Origin: Methanobacteriota archaeon
GTDB taxonomy: Archaea; Halobacteriota; Bog-38; Methanoflorentales; Methanoflorentaceae
Assembly (NCBI GenBank): GCA_963720465.1
Contig: OY970393.1
Span: 1,152,001-1,216,000, forward strand
Reading direction: 5' to 3'
DNA length: 64,000 nt
This document shows, in pieces, positions 28,560-38,521 of the stretch; position 1 is the first letter of the stretch, and the number at the start of each line of letters is the position of its first letter. The notes under the pieces were generated by a model. That model saw only the letters and a program-made list of their open reading frames with translations. It was not told the origin of the DNA and did not search any database. The position numbers and the translations under genes are program-made.

Positions 28560-29859
28560 GCAAGAAGGGGAGCACCCCGAACAGGAGTATGTTGTTCACC
28601 GCGTGCATGGTGATGACAAACGGCAGGTTCTTTGTTTTGTAATATGCGACGCCAAAAAGGAGCCCTACCCCAGATGCGAAGAGCAGCTCGTAGTAGTTGG
28701 CGAAGCCTGATTGCATCGCACCAAAGATGATGCTTGTGATGAGTATGCCGACAACCGGCCCGCTGCGTTGCACAAGCTCCGGTTGCAACAGGGCTCGAAA
28801 GAGCAGCTCTTCTACGACCGCGACAACGAAGATCATCAGGACGCTGAGCTCGAGAAGCCCGACGAGCGAGTACGAGGGTATAAGGGCGGGATTTGCGAGA
28901 ATTTGGTACTCGATGAGCGCCAGCTCTACGCCTATGAGGGCGCCGAACGGAATCAGGTACGTCAACTGTAGCCCGCCTGTGAGACCAAGGTCGTGACGGC
29001 TCAGCTTTCGGTGAGCAACGACCCCAATGATCGGGAGGAGCATTACGCCGTAGATCGCCACCAACCAGTAGAGGGTCATCGTCGGGATGAACGCAAAGGA
29101 GAGGTTGACGACACGCAGCAACGACACCAAAGCAAGCACCTCTAAGAGCTCGATACGTTCTCCGTTCAGCACTCCTATCGCGACGATAATCACGACGAGG
29201 TTCAACGCCTGCACGGCGACTCCAGCGACGCGGTGCCCACTGAAGAGCAAGCCCTCGCCGGCGAGAATAAGGAATATGGCGAGGAGCTCATACCACGCCA
29301 AGTTGAAAACAAGCGATGTCCTAGCGGCTTGAGCGAGCGTTGTTCGGGTGGTGCCGAGGAGACGCGAAGAATGATACGTCACCGGCACTTCGGTGCTCTG
29401 TGCTTGGCTGTATTTGCTGCGACCCTCCGCGCATACGATGTACGTATGTCTGGCCGGTGCGCTATCGGTGACCGTAAACTTATAGCGCCCGAAGGCGTCG
29501 GTGATGGTGGTGGCCGTGCGCATCTTGTTTGTCGGATCATCCGTGTTGTAGAGCGCGACGGGCACTGCCACCATCTGCGCGCCGCCGCCGCTTGTGAGGC
29601 GTCCTGCGATCGCGATGTCGTACCCGATAAGCTGGTGCCGGGGGGTGGCGGTGGCGGTGATGGTCGTGAGGCTTTCTACGCGTCTTGAGCGTCTTTGCGC
29701 AACGTCTCTGCTGGAGGCACCACGCGTTCCAGTTCTCTCAGCGCTTACAGTCGTGTCCCATCTCTCGAAAGCAAGAGCAGATTCGCCTGAGGTCGAGAAG
29801 CCATCTTGTTGTCTCTGCTCTTCTTCCCCCGGCAATTCGGCGGCCCCCTTATATTTCAA
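28537..29859 (-). CDS. CPBP/CAAX (Abi) intramembrane protease homolog with N-terminal Ig-like domain
   Basis: VEELLFR, IFGAMQ, MHAVNN; multiple TM; start uncertain. Confidence 0.85.
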   Translation of the reverse strand: MKYKGAAELPGEEEQRQQDGFSTSGESALAFERWDTTVSAERTGTRGASSRDVAQRRSRRVESLTTITATATPRHQLIGYDIAIAGRLTSGGGAQMVAVPVALYNTDDPTNKMRTATTITDAFGRYKFTVTDSAPARHTYIVCAEGRSKYSQAQSTEVPVTYHSSRLLGTTRTTLAQAARTSLVFNLAWYELLAIFLILAGEGLLFSGHRVAGVAVQALNLVVIIVAIGVLNGERIELLEVLALVSLLRVVNLSFAFIPTMTLYWLVAIYGVMLLPIIGVVAHRKLSRHDLGLTGGLQLTYLIPFGALIGVELALIEYQILANPALIPSYSLVGLLELSVLMIFVVAVVEELLFRALLQPELVQRSGPVVGILITSIIFGAMQSGFANYYELLFASGVGLLFGVAYYKTKNLPFVITMHAVNNILLFGVLPFLPILAVPH

Positions 29860-29923
29860 AAATCGAAGTATAAGCCTTTTATCGTGGATAGATTCTACAT
29901 CGACGATAGAATATAATACTACC

Positions 29924-30970
29924 TCATTGAGCGATCGTAGCTCGCGCAGCAGAGCGCCGCACTATGTAGTTGCTGATGGTAAAACACAGTGCGGTGGCAA
30001 TCGCTCCGACGAGAACAAACTGTAAAAGCAGCGGAAGTGCACTTTGGATAAAGATCCACTGCACGCCCAAAACAATGGGAAACTGCAGGAGATAGACGGC
30101 GTACACGTTTTGAGCGAGTACCGTCACGACCCGCCCTGCGGTGTTCCACCGCTTCTTGAAGATGATGAGCGCACACACACAGATGCCGATACCAATAAAC
30201 GCCTCCCAAAACGAGAACAACAGTGATGCGAGCGTGAATCCGCCTTGTTGAAGCGCGTTTCCAAATGCTGCAGACAGGATGCCAAGCCCAAACAAGCATA
30301 TGACGACGACGATTCCCCACAGCCGCGCGAGTGAAGCGGGAAGAGCCGCAAGCCAATTATTTCGGTACGCGAGTATGCCCGCAATGATGAGCAAGATGTA
30401 GAGCGGGGCGTGCGCGGGCTCAACGGTGTGGTACAGCTTCCAATTATCAAGCGGATACCTGCAACGTACGATGAAGTTAGCGGCACCAAGAGTCAGCGCC
30501 GCGACGACTAGTGTCCCGTTCCCCGGGCACGCCACTTTGCGGACCGTAAGCCGACACCGCCGCCAAGCGCTGTACGCTAGCGCCATGATGATCAGTATGA
30601 CGATGAACCAGAGGTAACTAAACCAGAGCGCTGTGCCCGTAAGGTACCCAATAAGCGGGATTATGGACGCCATAACGATAATGAGCGGGATGCCAAGCCG
30701 GATGAAACGATCTTTTAGGAAGCGTTTCCCTCCTTTCCGATCGAACGAACCGGGAAGAAAGTACGCTGAGATGAAGAAGAAGAGGCCCATGAAAAACGAA
30801 GTGCTTATCGTGAGAAAGGCGCCGACAATCAAAATGTCCGCGAACGAAAATGGCACAGGAGCCGTGATGGGCCATGCGGCGGCAGGGCCGTAGGGTTGGG
30901 CGGCGTGCACCCAGATGACAATAACAATAAGGAGTATCTTAATGTTATCAAGATAGTGGAGTCGTGGCAT
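29924..30970 (-). CDS. Acyltransferase family 3 (OpgC/MdoC-like)
   Basis: Start MPRLHYLDNIK, VIWVHAAQPY, FFMGLFFFISAYF, DRFIRLGIP, YLWF, YAVYLLQ. Confidence 0.88.
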   Translation of the reverse strand: MPRLHYLDNIKILLIVIVIWVHAAQPYGPAAAWPITAPVPFSFADILIVGAFLTISTSFFMGLFFFISAYFLPGSFDRKGGKRFLKDRFIRLGIPLIIVMASIIPLIGYLTGTALWFSYLWFIVILIIMALAYSAWRRCRLTVRKVACPGNGTLVVAALTLGAANFIVRCRYPLDNWKLYHTVEPAHAPLYILLIIAGILAYRNNWLAALPASLARLWGIVVVICLFGLGILSAAFGNALQQGGFTLASLLFSFWEAFIGIGICVCALIIFKKRWNTAGRVVTVLAQNVYAVYLLQFPIVLGVQWIFIQSALPLLLQFVLVGAIATALCFTISNYIVRRSAARATIAQ

Positions 30971-31305
30971 GCTACTACACCCACATTCGAGGTGTAAAAG
31001 CTGCTTTACGTATAAGCTTGCTGGCTTCTTTTTAAGTGCGCGCGTGCGCTGTGCCGTTCTAGGTGTTAACTGGAAGCAAAAAGGGTACGAAAAAGCTAGA
31101 GCAGTTGTTCCTAAACCGCGCGTGCAAGTATGACAAGTGGTACCTCTCAAGCGCAGATTCGAGTTTCTTGGGAACGCGCTCTGCGGGAAGCTTTTTGTTG
31201 GTTTTTATTATCTCAGACTCGATGCGATGACCGAAACTTTGTAAAACTTTTATTCTTCAAATTATTTCCAAAAAAGAGTCCTAGAAATATCAAACAGTCA
31301 ATATT

Positions 31306-32454
31306 TCATGTGTCGATCACGGACTGATATATCCGAACGGTTTTTTCTGCTATGGCATCCCATGATAAATGCTGAAGCGCTCTTTGTCGGACCATTTTTC
31401 CAAGATCCTCTCGTAGTGTCCTGTTCTCAAGAAGGGAGCGAATACCCAAAGCAAGAGCGGGGGGGTCATTCGGAGGAACATACATACCCGTGTCACCTAA
31501 ATATTCTGAACTCCCTCCGAGGGGGGTTGCGATCACCGGGGTCCCGTTCATCATAGCTCGCGTGATAATATTGCTCGCCCAAACTGGTACGCTATAGATG
31601 GCGAATGTGAAGATGCTCTCCTGCATTTTTTCATCAAATTCTGATTCACTCAAACTGCCACACCACCGGATCTGATCCGCCACGTCATTCCGTCTTGCCT
31701 CCTCTTTCGCTGTTTGTTCTTCCTCCTTCCCATAGATACCGTACACTTCTAGGTTGATCTTAATCCCTTCTTCACGCAAGATTCGGAGCGCTTTGAGAAG
31801 GGTAAAGAAGCCTTTGTGTTGCACAGGGCTCCCAAAAAAAGTAACTCTGGTCCTCACCAATCCCCAGAGGTTAACCTGGCGGCCACCATGGAATACCACA
31901 TGAATTTTGTCTTCTGGAATTCCATCCTGTATCATGCTATTTTTTTGTTGCTCGGAATGAACGATGACCGCATCAGCATATTGATACACTCGATGAAGCA
32001 AGCGGATACCTGGCCGGTAGTTATACAGATTGTGAATGGTCACTACCTTATGCGGGACTTTCGTTTGCGTGAGAAGAGTCAGCAGCGGCAACTCCCCAAA
32101 AGAGAAAATTGAGCTTTGTTGGTAATGAAGAATATCGGAGTCTCTACACTGCTTTGCGTAGCGCAGACCAAGAGGAATCCTGCTTGCACGATAGGTGATG
32201 CCTTGAATCCTGGATCGGTCAGGTTCATCCCCGTAAGAATCAAACGGCGAGGTAACGAGGCAGTATTTTCCATCAAAAAGGGAGGAGGAGCCACGATATT
32301 TATATTTACACACGCAATGACTCGTTACGACCTTGACTGAAACGTCTCTTCTTGTTAGTGCATCAATAAGATTCTCCGAATAATTGGCCATAGAAATATT
32401 ATGATACCAGCAGGTTATCATGCAAACAGACAGATTTTTAGTCACAATCACCAA
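31306..32454 (-). CDS. Glycosyltransferase family 4
   Basis: VVTIH, ADAVIVHS, HKGF, AMMNGTPVIAT, VPPNDPPALA. Confidence 0.85.
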   Translation of the reverse strand: MVIVTKNLSVCMITCWYHNISMANYSENLIDALTRRDVSVKVVTSHCVCKYKYRGSSSLFDGKYCLVTSPFDSYGDEPDRSRIQGITYRASRIPLGLRYAKQCRDSDILHYQQSSIFSFGELPLLTLLTQTKVPHKVVTIHNLYNYRPGIRLLHRVYQYADAVIVHSEQQKNSMIQDGIPEDKIHVVFHGGRQVNLWGLVRTRVTFFGSPVQHKGFFTLLKALRILREEGIKINLEVYGIYGKEEEQTAKEEARRNDVADQIRWCGSLSESEFDEKMQESIFTFAIYSVPVWASNIITRAMMNGTPVIATPLGGSSEYLGDTGMYVPPNDPPALALGIRSLLENRTLREDLGKMVRQRALQHLSWDAIAEKTVRIYQSVIDT

Positions 32455-33020
32455 TTAAATCGGTATTTTTTGGTATTTATTGAATTGTAATAATAAGTTT
32501 CTTACGCTAAATCGCGACACGAAGACGAGCGATAAAAAATGATTTCCATTTATTGTGTTTGACAATTCGGAATGCAGTGGCTTAACCGGACTATTTGAAA
32601 TTACCGCATTGCCTGTTGCAATGTTCTCACGCGTAAAAGCGTGCCAGAAGACACCATAAAGGATTCGGTGCGCGTTACCGTGGACCCGTGCTACGGTGTT
32701 GAAATAGTCTAAAAATTAATACATTCGAGCGATGGGATGTCCATACGATCATCCCTCTTCCTCCACTGCCACGCTGCGTAACTGAGGATCCCTTATTCTT
32801 GGCGGGTTCTTTCTCTTTCGGAGCGCTTCTCAGCGAAGAAGTCCCCTCTACAGCAACCCACAGCCTGCGTTGCTTCCGGCGCGCATTCCGCTCCCTGACC
32901 CTAAAGGTCACTCGCCGTATGCTATCTCAGACGGCGCACTGAGGCCATGACGAGTCAAGGGACAGAGGATGGGTTTGAAAGCAATTAAATAGGTTAGATG
33001 CTTAGCTATCGGCGAACGCA

Positions 33021-33962
33021 ATGAAAGGCAAGAAGGTAATCGTCACTGGCGGTTTAGGCTTCATTGGTTCGCACTTAGTGGAAGCACTTGTGGAAAAAAA
33101 CGACGTCACGGTAATCGACGACCGGTCGACGGGGAAGTTGGAGAATATCGATCATTTGGGTGACGCACGCCCGGAAGTGATCGAAGGGGACGTCACTGAA
33201 CTCAATTTACCAGAAATCTTCGACGGCTATGAGTACGTTTTTCATGAGGCAGCGCTTCCCAGCGTTCAGCGCAGCATCGACGAACCGCTGATGTCAAACC
33301 AGTCCAACGCCACTGGGACCTTGAAGGTTTTGATCGCCGCCAAAGAATCGGGTGTAAAAAAGGTGGTCTATGCTTCGTCATCATCCGTGTACGGCGACAC
33401 CGTGGAGCTCCCGAAACGGGAAGACATGTGTCTTTCACCAAAATCCCCGTACGCGGTCACGAAGGCAACTGGTGAGCTCTACAGCACGGTGTTTCACCAA
33501 GTCTACGGCCTTCACACCATATCCTTGCGCTACTTCAACGTGTTCGGACCGCGGCAAGACCCATATTCCCAGTACGCTGCCGTAATTCCTAAATTTATAA
33601 CGGCGATTCTCAGCGGTAAACCGCCGACGGTTTTCGGGGATGGCACACAGAGTAGAGACTTCACTTTCGTGAAACACGTCGTTGAAGCAAATATTCGTGC
33701 GTGCGAATCCAGCGAGACCGGAACATTCAACATCGCCTGTGGCCGCAGCATTACCCTGAACGAGTTGATTGCCCTTCTCGCCAAGATCACTGGCAGCGAT
33801 GTTAAGCCAATCTATGCCGCGCGTCGGCCAGGAGACATAAGACACTCGCTCGCTGCTATCTCAAAGGCGCGAGTATTTGGTTACGCGCCGCATAGCAATT
33901 TCGAGGACGAGCTTCAAGAGACCGTAAGGTGGTTTGAGGGTGGAATTGTACGAGAAGATTAA
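33021..33962 (+). CDS. NAD-dependent UDP-HexNAc(A) 4-epimerase (WbpP/TviC-like SDR)
   Basis: TGGLGFIGSH, HEAALPSV, ASSSSVYG, PYAVTK, RYFNVFGPRQDP, GDGTQSRDF. Confidence 0.9.
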   Translation: MKGKKVIVTGGLGFIGSHLVEALVEKNDVTVIDDRSTGKLENIDHLGDARPEVIEGDVTELNLPEIFDGYEYVFHEAALPSVQRSIDEPLMSNQSNATGTLKVLIAAKESGVKKVVYASSSSVYGDTVELPKREDMCLSPKSPYAVTKATGELYSTVFHQVYGLHTISLRYFNVFGPRQDPYSQYAAVIPKFITAILSGKPPTVFGDGTQSRDFTFVKHVVEANIRACESSETGTFNIACGRSITLNELIALLAKITGSDVKPIYAARRPGDIRHSLAAISKARVFGYAPHSNFEDELQETVRWFEGGIVRED

Positions 33963-35277
33963 GAGCAAATCTGCGCGCATCGCTGTCATAGGGTTGGGCT
34001 ACGTCGGACTCCCGACAGCAGTCAACTTCGCTGAGAACGGGTTCAGCGTGATCGGAGTCAATAGGACACAGGAGAAAGTTGACATCATCAATGCGGGGGG
34101 GTGCTATCTTACCGACTTGAATATCGACGAACGCGTGCGAAGACTCGTCGGCCTTCGCAAGCTCACGGCCACTATCGACACAGCTGGCGCTACACGAGAA
34201 AGCGACGTGATCATCATCACCGTCCCAACGCCGATCACGTCGTTTAAGCGACCTGATCTATCATTTATCGTTTCCGCGGGTCAGGCCATTGCCCAAGGCC
34301 TGGGTCGCAACAAGCTCGTCGTCCTGGAATCGACTGTGTACCCGGGAGTGGTTGATGACGTGCTGAAGCCGTTGCTCGAAGAGTCAGGGTTGAAAGCCGG
34401 GACCGATTTTGGACTCGCCTACTGTCCGGAGCGATATAACCCGGGAGATGCCGATCACAATATTAGGGACGTGGTCCGAATCGTTGCGGGCATCACGCCG
34501 GAATGGGCTGAAGCAACAGCGCAGTTATACCTCAGCAACGCGAAGGACGTGGTCACGGTCAAGGATATCAAAACCGCTGAGGCGGCGAAAGTCATTGAAA
34601 ACATCCAGAGAGATCTCAATATCGCGCTCATGAATGAGCTCGCGCTGATCTTCGAACGCTTGGAGATTGACATCCAAGACGTGATCGAAGCCGCTTCGAC
34701 GAAGTGGAATTTCAACGTATATCATCCGGGGGCCGGAGTCGGCGGCCACTGCTTACCCGTCGACCCATACTACCTCGTTCATAAAGCCGAGGAGCTCGGG
34801 TACCACTCCCAGGTCATTACGGCCGGCAGGGCCGTCAATGATTACATGCCACTGCACGTTTTCCAGTTGACCGTCGACGCCCTCAACGAAAGAGCGCGAG
34901 CGGTCAACAAGTCGAAAATAGTCGTGCTTGGCCTGTCCTATAAGGAGAACGTGGGCGACTACCGCGAGAGCCCGACAGCTGTTGTGATTAACGAGCTTAC
35001 AAAGAGGGGCGCGATCGTCCATATCGTCGATCCATTCATCGAAGAGGACGTCCTGCGACGGTATGCGCAACCAGAAGCGACCGCATATGACGCTCTTTCC
35101 AACGCAGATGCTCTCGTCCTTATGACTGCCCACCGGGAGTTCTTGGGGCTTGACTTGGATCGCATCAAGGCAGAAATGCGCACCGCGATCATCGTCGACG
35201 GCCGGCGGTGCTTCGACCCAGAGATCGTCGAAAAACTCGGGATCGTGTATCGAGGGGTTGGGGCCAAGAACGGGTGA
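33934..35277 (+). CDS. UDP-N-acetylhexosamine 6-dehydrogenase (WecC/WbpA/WbpO family)
   Basis: GLGYVGLP, ESTVYPG, PERYNPG, KVIENIQRD, GVGGHCLPVDP, YKENVGDYRESP. Confidence 0.92.
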   Translation: MRVELYEKIKSKSARIAVIGLGYVGLPTAVNFAENGFSVIGVNRTQEKVDIINAGGCYLTDLNIDERVRRLVGLRKLTATIDTAGATRESDVIIITVPTPITSFKRPDLSFIVSAGQAIAQGLGRNKLVVLESTVYPGVVDDVLKPLLEESGLKAGTDFGLAYCPERYNPGDADHNIRDVVRIVAGITPEWAEATAQLYLSNAKDVVTVKDIKTAEAAKVIENIQRDLNIALMNELALIFERLEIDIQDVIEAASTKWNFNVYHPGAGVGGHCLPVDPYYLVHKAEELGYHSQVITAGRAVNDYMPLHVFQLTVDALNERARAVNKSKIVVLGLSYKENVGDYRESPTAVVINELTKRGAIVHIVDPFIEEDVLRRYAQPEATAYDALSNADALVLMTAHREFLGLDLDRIKAEMRTAIIVDGRRCFDPEIVEKLGIVYRGVGAKNG

Positions 35278-35643
35278 AGGATCCGAGGTCCGCAGAGACC
35301 ACAGCGCGATAGCGACGCGGCTCGACAATAGGCTATATTGCTTGAGTATCCCAGCTGTCTCGAATCGATGCGGTTATCTGTTTTTTGGCCGGCGTATCGT
35401 CGCCCGGCACCGCACCATACCTTATGGGGCCTCGGGGGGCGTATGACCACCACTCGAAGAGGGGCAACTCCGTTCACTCTTTACAAGATACTTCGTGCGC
35501 GTTGGATCCACAGTGCGAGACCGCTTGTCAGCAAATGCTCCAAAATTGCGGGGAAGCTTTGACCTCATATTACGGATCTTCTATCTCATTAACGCTGTGG
35601 TTCAACGTCTGAGGGGGACGCTGCTGCGAAGAACGCGCTTGTC

Positions 35644-35656
35644 ACAAAAGTTAATA
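35644..35656 (+). promoter_or_regulatory. Candidate BRE/TATA (ACAAAAG-TTAATA) upstream of the tRNA
   Basis: Purine-rich BRE-like run followed by TTAATA about 65 bp before the tRNA 5' end. Confidence 0.4.
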
Positions 35657-35720
35657 GCCAGTCCGGTACACACAAGAGTTGGCTGACGATATTGTCTGCA
35701 CTCTGTTTGAACACTGGAAC

Positions 35721-35792
35721 GCCTCGGTAGTTTAGTAGGAAAAGCACTTGCTATCCAAGCAAGACTCGTTGGTTCGAATCCAACCCGGGGCA
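35721..35792 (+). tRNA. Non-canonical tRNA-Gly(TCC)
   Basis: GCCTCGG TA GTTT AGTAGGAA AAGC A CTTGC TATCCAA GCAAG ACTC GTTGG TTCGAAT CCAAC CCGGGGC A. All four stems pair; T8/A14, G15/C48, G18G19 and TTCGAAT are present; anticodon TCC at 35754-35756; A73; no CCA; position 33 is A. Confidence 0.88.
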
Positions 35793-35984
35793 TATTTGCA
35801 GCATTGAAACTTCCGATGCTGAGCGCCCCGTAAGCAGTTTCAGAAGTTCGAGGTTCCACGTTAATTCCTACAGCGGTCGCTTCCCAAGTCCGAGCTTCTC
35901 GCCTGCGCTGTTCAATTCACATCCGCGCCATAACAATGTTACCGAGGCGTATTTAATTTCGTCGAAAGCACTGCGATGTTTGAA

Positions 35985-36095
35985 CAAGCAAAAAAACTGT
36001 GCTTTGTGATGCGCGTCGGTTTTGCCAACATAGCAATGCGGTTCTCACACCGAATCAAATTTCGATTTGAATCTGGAAAGACGCGGAAAGGGCGC
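35985..36095 (-). pseudogene. C-terminal relic of the FemAB/GNAT-like family
   Basis: Translates APFPRLSRFKSKFDSV*EPHCYVGKTDAHHK versus AWPEHLSRFKSKFDPELKPYCYVEKTDEFYK in 39711-40727; stop at 36045-36047. Confidence 0.85.
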
Positions 36096-36698
36096 TTACG
36101 TGTTCGATGCCGGTTTGCACGCCTTAAACCTCCTACCGCGACCTCAGATTCGTCAAGAACCTCCTTTCCATCGCTCTCTCGTCGCCCGGGCTTTAGCGGC
36201 GTGCTTGCGTACCCCAGGGACGGCGTACCATCGGGAGCTAGCACTCCTGTCCCGCGCCTTGCGTTTGTAAAAAGAAGCGACCTGGCTGCCCTAGGCTCAG
36301 CGTCGCGCAGGTGTCCTCCTTAACTGACACGGGGCCGCCGCGGATTTTCATTGGCTCACGACGCTGAATGTGCAAAGTGCGGTGTTTTTGCGGCGGTCAT
36401 AGGTAAAGCGCTTTACTCGTGCACGATGCTGTAGATATGTCCGTGATCTTGACCCTGACGTCGACCGTGACAGGAAGCGGCGAATGACCTCGAGCACAAG
36501 TGATCGCGCAGAAAGATATACCAAGGCGCCCTCATGGCAAACGGGCCATTGTCGTCTTACTCGCGTTACACTATTTGATGTCTGACTGACTCTCGGAACA
36601 AGAACAGACTGGCAACCTTGTAGGCCCTCTGCGCGCCCCTCATTGTCGGGTTTTGCGCCTCCCTCGTGTTCACAGCTGCACATTATCAGCGAGGGCGC

Positions 36699-37796
36699 TC
36701 AATGCAGCAGGACTAGTGGCAAAAATGGGAGCACCCCAAACAGGAGTATGTCGTCCACCGCGTGCATCGTGACGACAAACGGCAAGTTTTTTGTCTTGTA
36801 AAATGCTACGCCAAAGACGACACCCGCCCCGGTCGTGAAGAGGAGTTCGTGGACGCTACCGTAGCTCGCGTGCATGGCGCCGAAGATCACGCTCGTGATA
36901 AGGATTCCCCCGACCGCACCGCTTCGCTCCATGAGCTGCGGCTGCAGCAGGACACGAAAGAGGAGCTCCTCAACGAGCGCCACAAAGAAGATCATAACGA
37001 TGCTTAACCCGATGAGCTCTGAGGCTGACGCATTCGGGATAAGTGGTGGATTGCGAAGAATAGCGTATTCAATAAGCCCGAGCCCAAGGCCAACGAGGGC
37101 GCCAAACGGAATGAGGTACGTCAATCGGAGACCTCCCGTGAGCCCAAGGTCGTGGCGGCTCAGCTTTCGGTGTGCAACGATCGCTATGATCGGTATAAAC
37201 ATCACGCCGTAAATCGCCAGCCAGTAGTACAAGGCTACCGTTCGGATGATCAAGACGAGAGGGAAGTACATCACCCAGACGATGATGAACCAGTAGACCG
37301 CTGGCAGGAGCGCAAATGAAACGATGATGACAAGAGACACCGATAGCAAACCGAGCACTTGGAGCAGCTGTACGCGCTTACCATGCGGCACCGCCACGAT
37401 GACGGCAACCGCGATGATGTTGAGCGTTTGCACGCCGACGCCGAGCGCAGTGTGGCCTGCAAAGAGCAAGCCCTCGCCGGCGAGGATAAGAAATATGGCG
37501 AGGAGCTCATACCACGCCAAGTCGAAAACAATTCGGGCCCTAGCTGCAGAAGCTAGCGCGGCTCGTATGGTGTCAGGGAGGCGCAAAAACTTTTCCTCAA
37601 CACTGTGACTTTTCGCGGTTAAAGATACTACGTACTTCGGATGTTTTGCTATTTCTGCGATATCTGGCGTTCTATTCGTTAAACTTGTCGTACTACTTAC
37701 AAGCTGGTTATTTCTGGGCTGTTTTTCCTTATGCCACAATCGCAGCAAGCCTGTCTCGGAAAAATAACATCGTAAACGGCTGCTCATTCCGAACAT
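36699..37796 (-). CDS. CPBP/CAAX (Abi) intramembrane protease, paralog of 28537-29859
   Basis: VEELLFR, IFGAMH, MHAVDD; start uncertain. Confidence 0.87.
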   Translation of the reverse strand: MFGMSSRLRCYFSETGLLRLWHKEKQPRNNQLVSSTTSLTNRTPDIAEIAKHPKYVVSLTAKSHSVEEKFLRLPDTIRAALASAARARIVFDLAWYELLAIFLILAGEGLLFAGHTALGVGVQTLNIIAVAVIVAVPHGKRVQLLQVLGLLSVSLVIIVSFALLPAVYWFIIVWVMYFPLVLIIRTVALYYWLAIYGVMFIPIIAIVAHRKLSRHDLGLTGGLRLTYLIPFGALVGLGLGLIEYAILRNPPLIPNASASELIGLSIVMIFFVALVEELLFRVLLQPQLMERSGAVGGILITSVIFGAMHASYGSVHELLFTTGAGVVFGVAFYKTKNLPFVVTMHAVDDILLFGVLPFLPLVLLH

Positions 37797-38521
37797 CTCG
37801 GCTGCGACCAGATTGGTTTTGTTTTTTTTTGGTTATTTCGTACTACTTCAACAGCTTAAAGATACACCGTCTTAAGCATTATTACGCGTACGTAAAAAAC
37901 GCGGCCCTGATAGCTTATTTTACCTTTTGGGGTCACCGATTCAAATGCGCTGCGATAGCACTCTTAATTCAGCAACTTGGGGTGTTCGTCTGTTTTCGCC
38001 TATCGACAGCTGCGCTGTGAGTGAGTCCGATCTCTCTAAAAATCCGCTGGCAGGAAGGCACGTTAGCGTAAGCGTGCGAGAGCAGGGCCTTAAGACGGGC
38101 TGGAATTCTTTCAACTGGCACGATGTCGTAATGTCGCGTTGTATGACGGTGTTACACTACGCTCGACGCATCGCAGCTGTAGCAAATCAATAACGTTGCC
38201 TTTCAAAGTTTCGCGCTCCCGAGCTGCGCCTCCACCTGAATCGTCGGCCGTCCGAACGCTTTGGCAGCGAGCCAAGGTGTAGTTATGGCACTATGCTGTT
38301 AAGACGCTACGCAATGCGTAGCCAGTGAACGTATCCTGCGTGCCGCGAGGCCTCGCGAGAGGCATATCCTCCTTTTCGTCACTTTGAGATCGGTTATAAA
38401 GGGTCACACCGCGTTCAGTACCGGCTTTAATCGGGAATCCCCGCAAATGGCCATCGACGGTATCCATTTGCATAACAAGCTCTCGGTTTGCGAGGTTTTA
38501 GGCTCTAGGTTAGTTGCTATG

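Noticed and set aside
35340-35620. Possible decayed methyltransferase tail (GRRIVAR...EGQLRSLFTRYF)
   Set aside because: There is no diagnostic motif and it is interrupted by stops
35752-35758. Reading the tRNA as Asp(ATC) or as intron-containing
   Set aside because: Shifting the register breaks the perfect 5-bp anticodon stem, and there is no insertion or bulge-helix-bulge
35760-35792. tRNA as an integration (att) site of a mobile island
   Set aside because: I saw no duplicate of the 3' end and no integrase in the window; this cannot be excluded beyond the window
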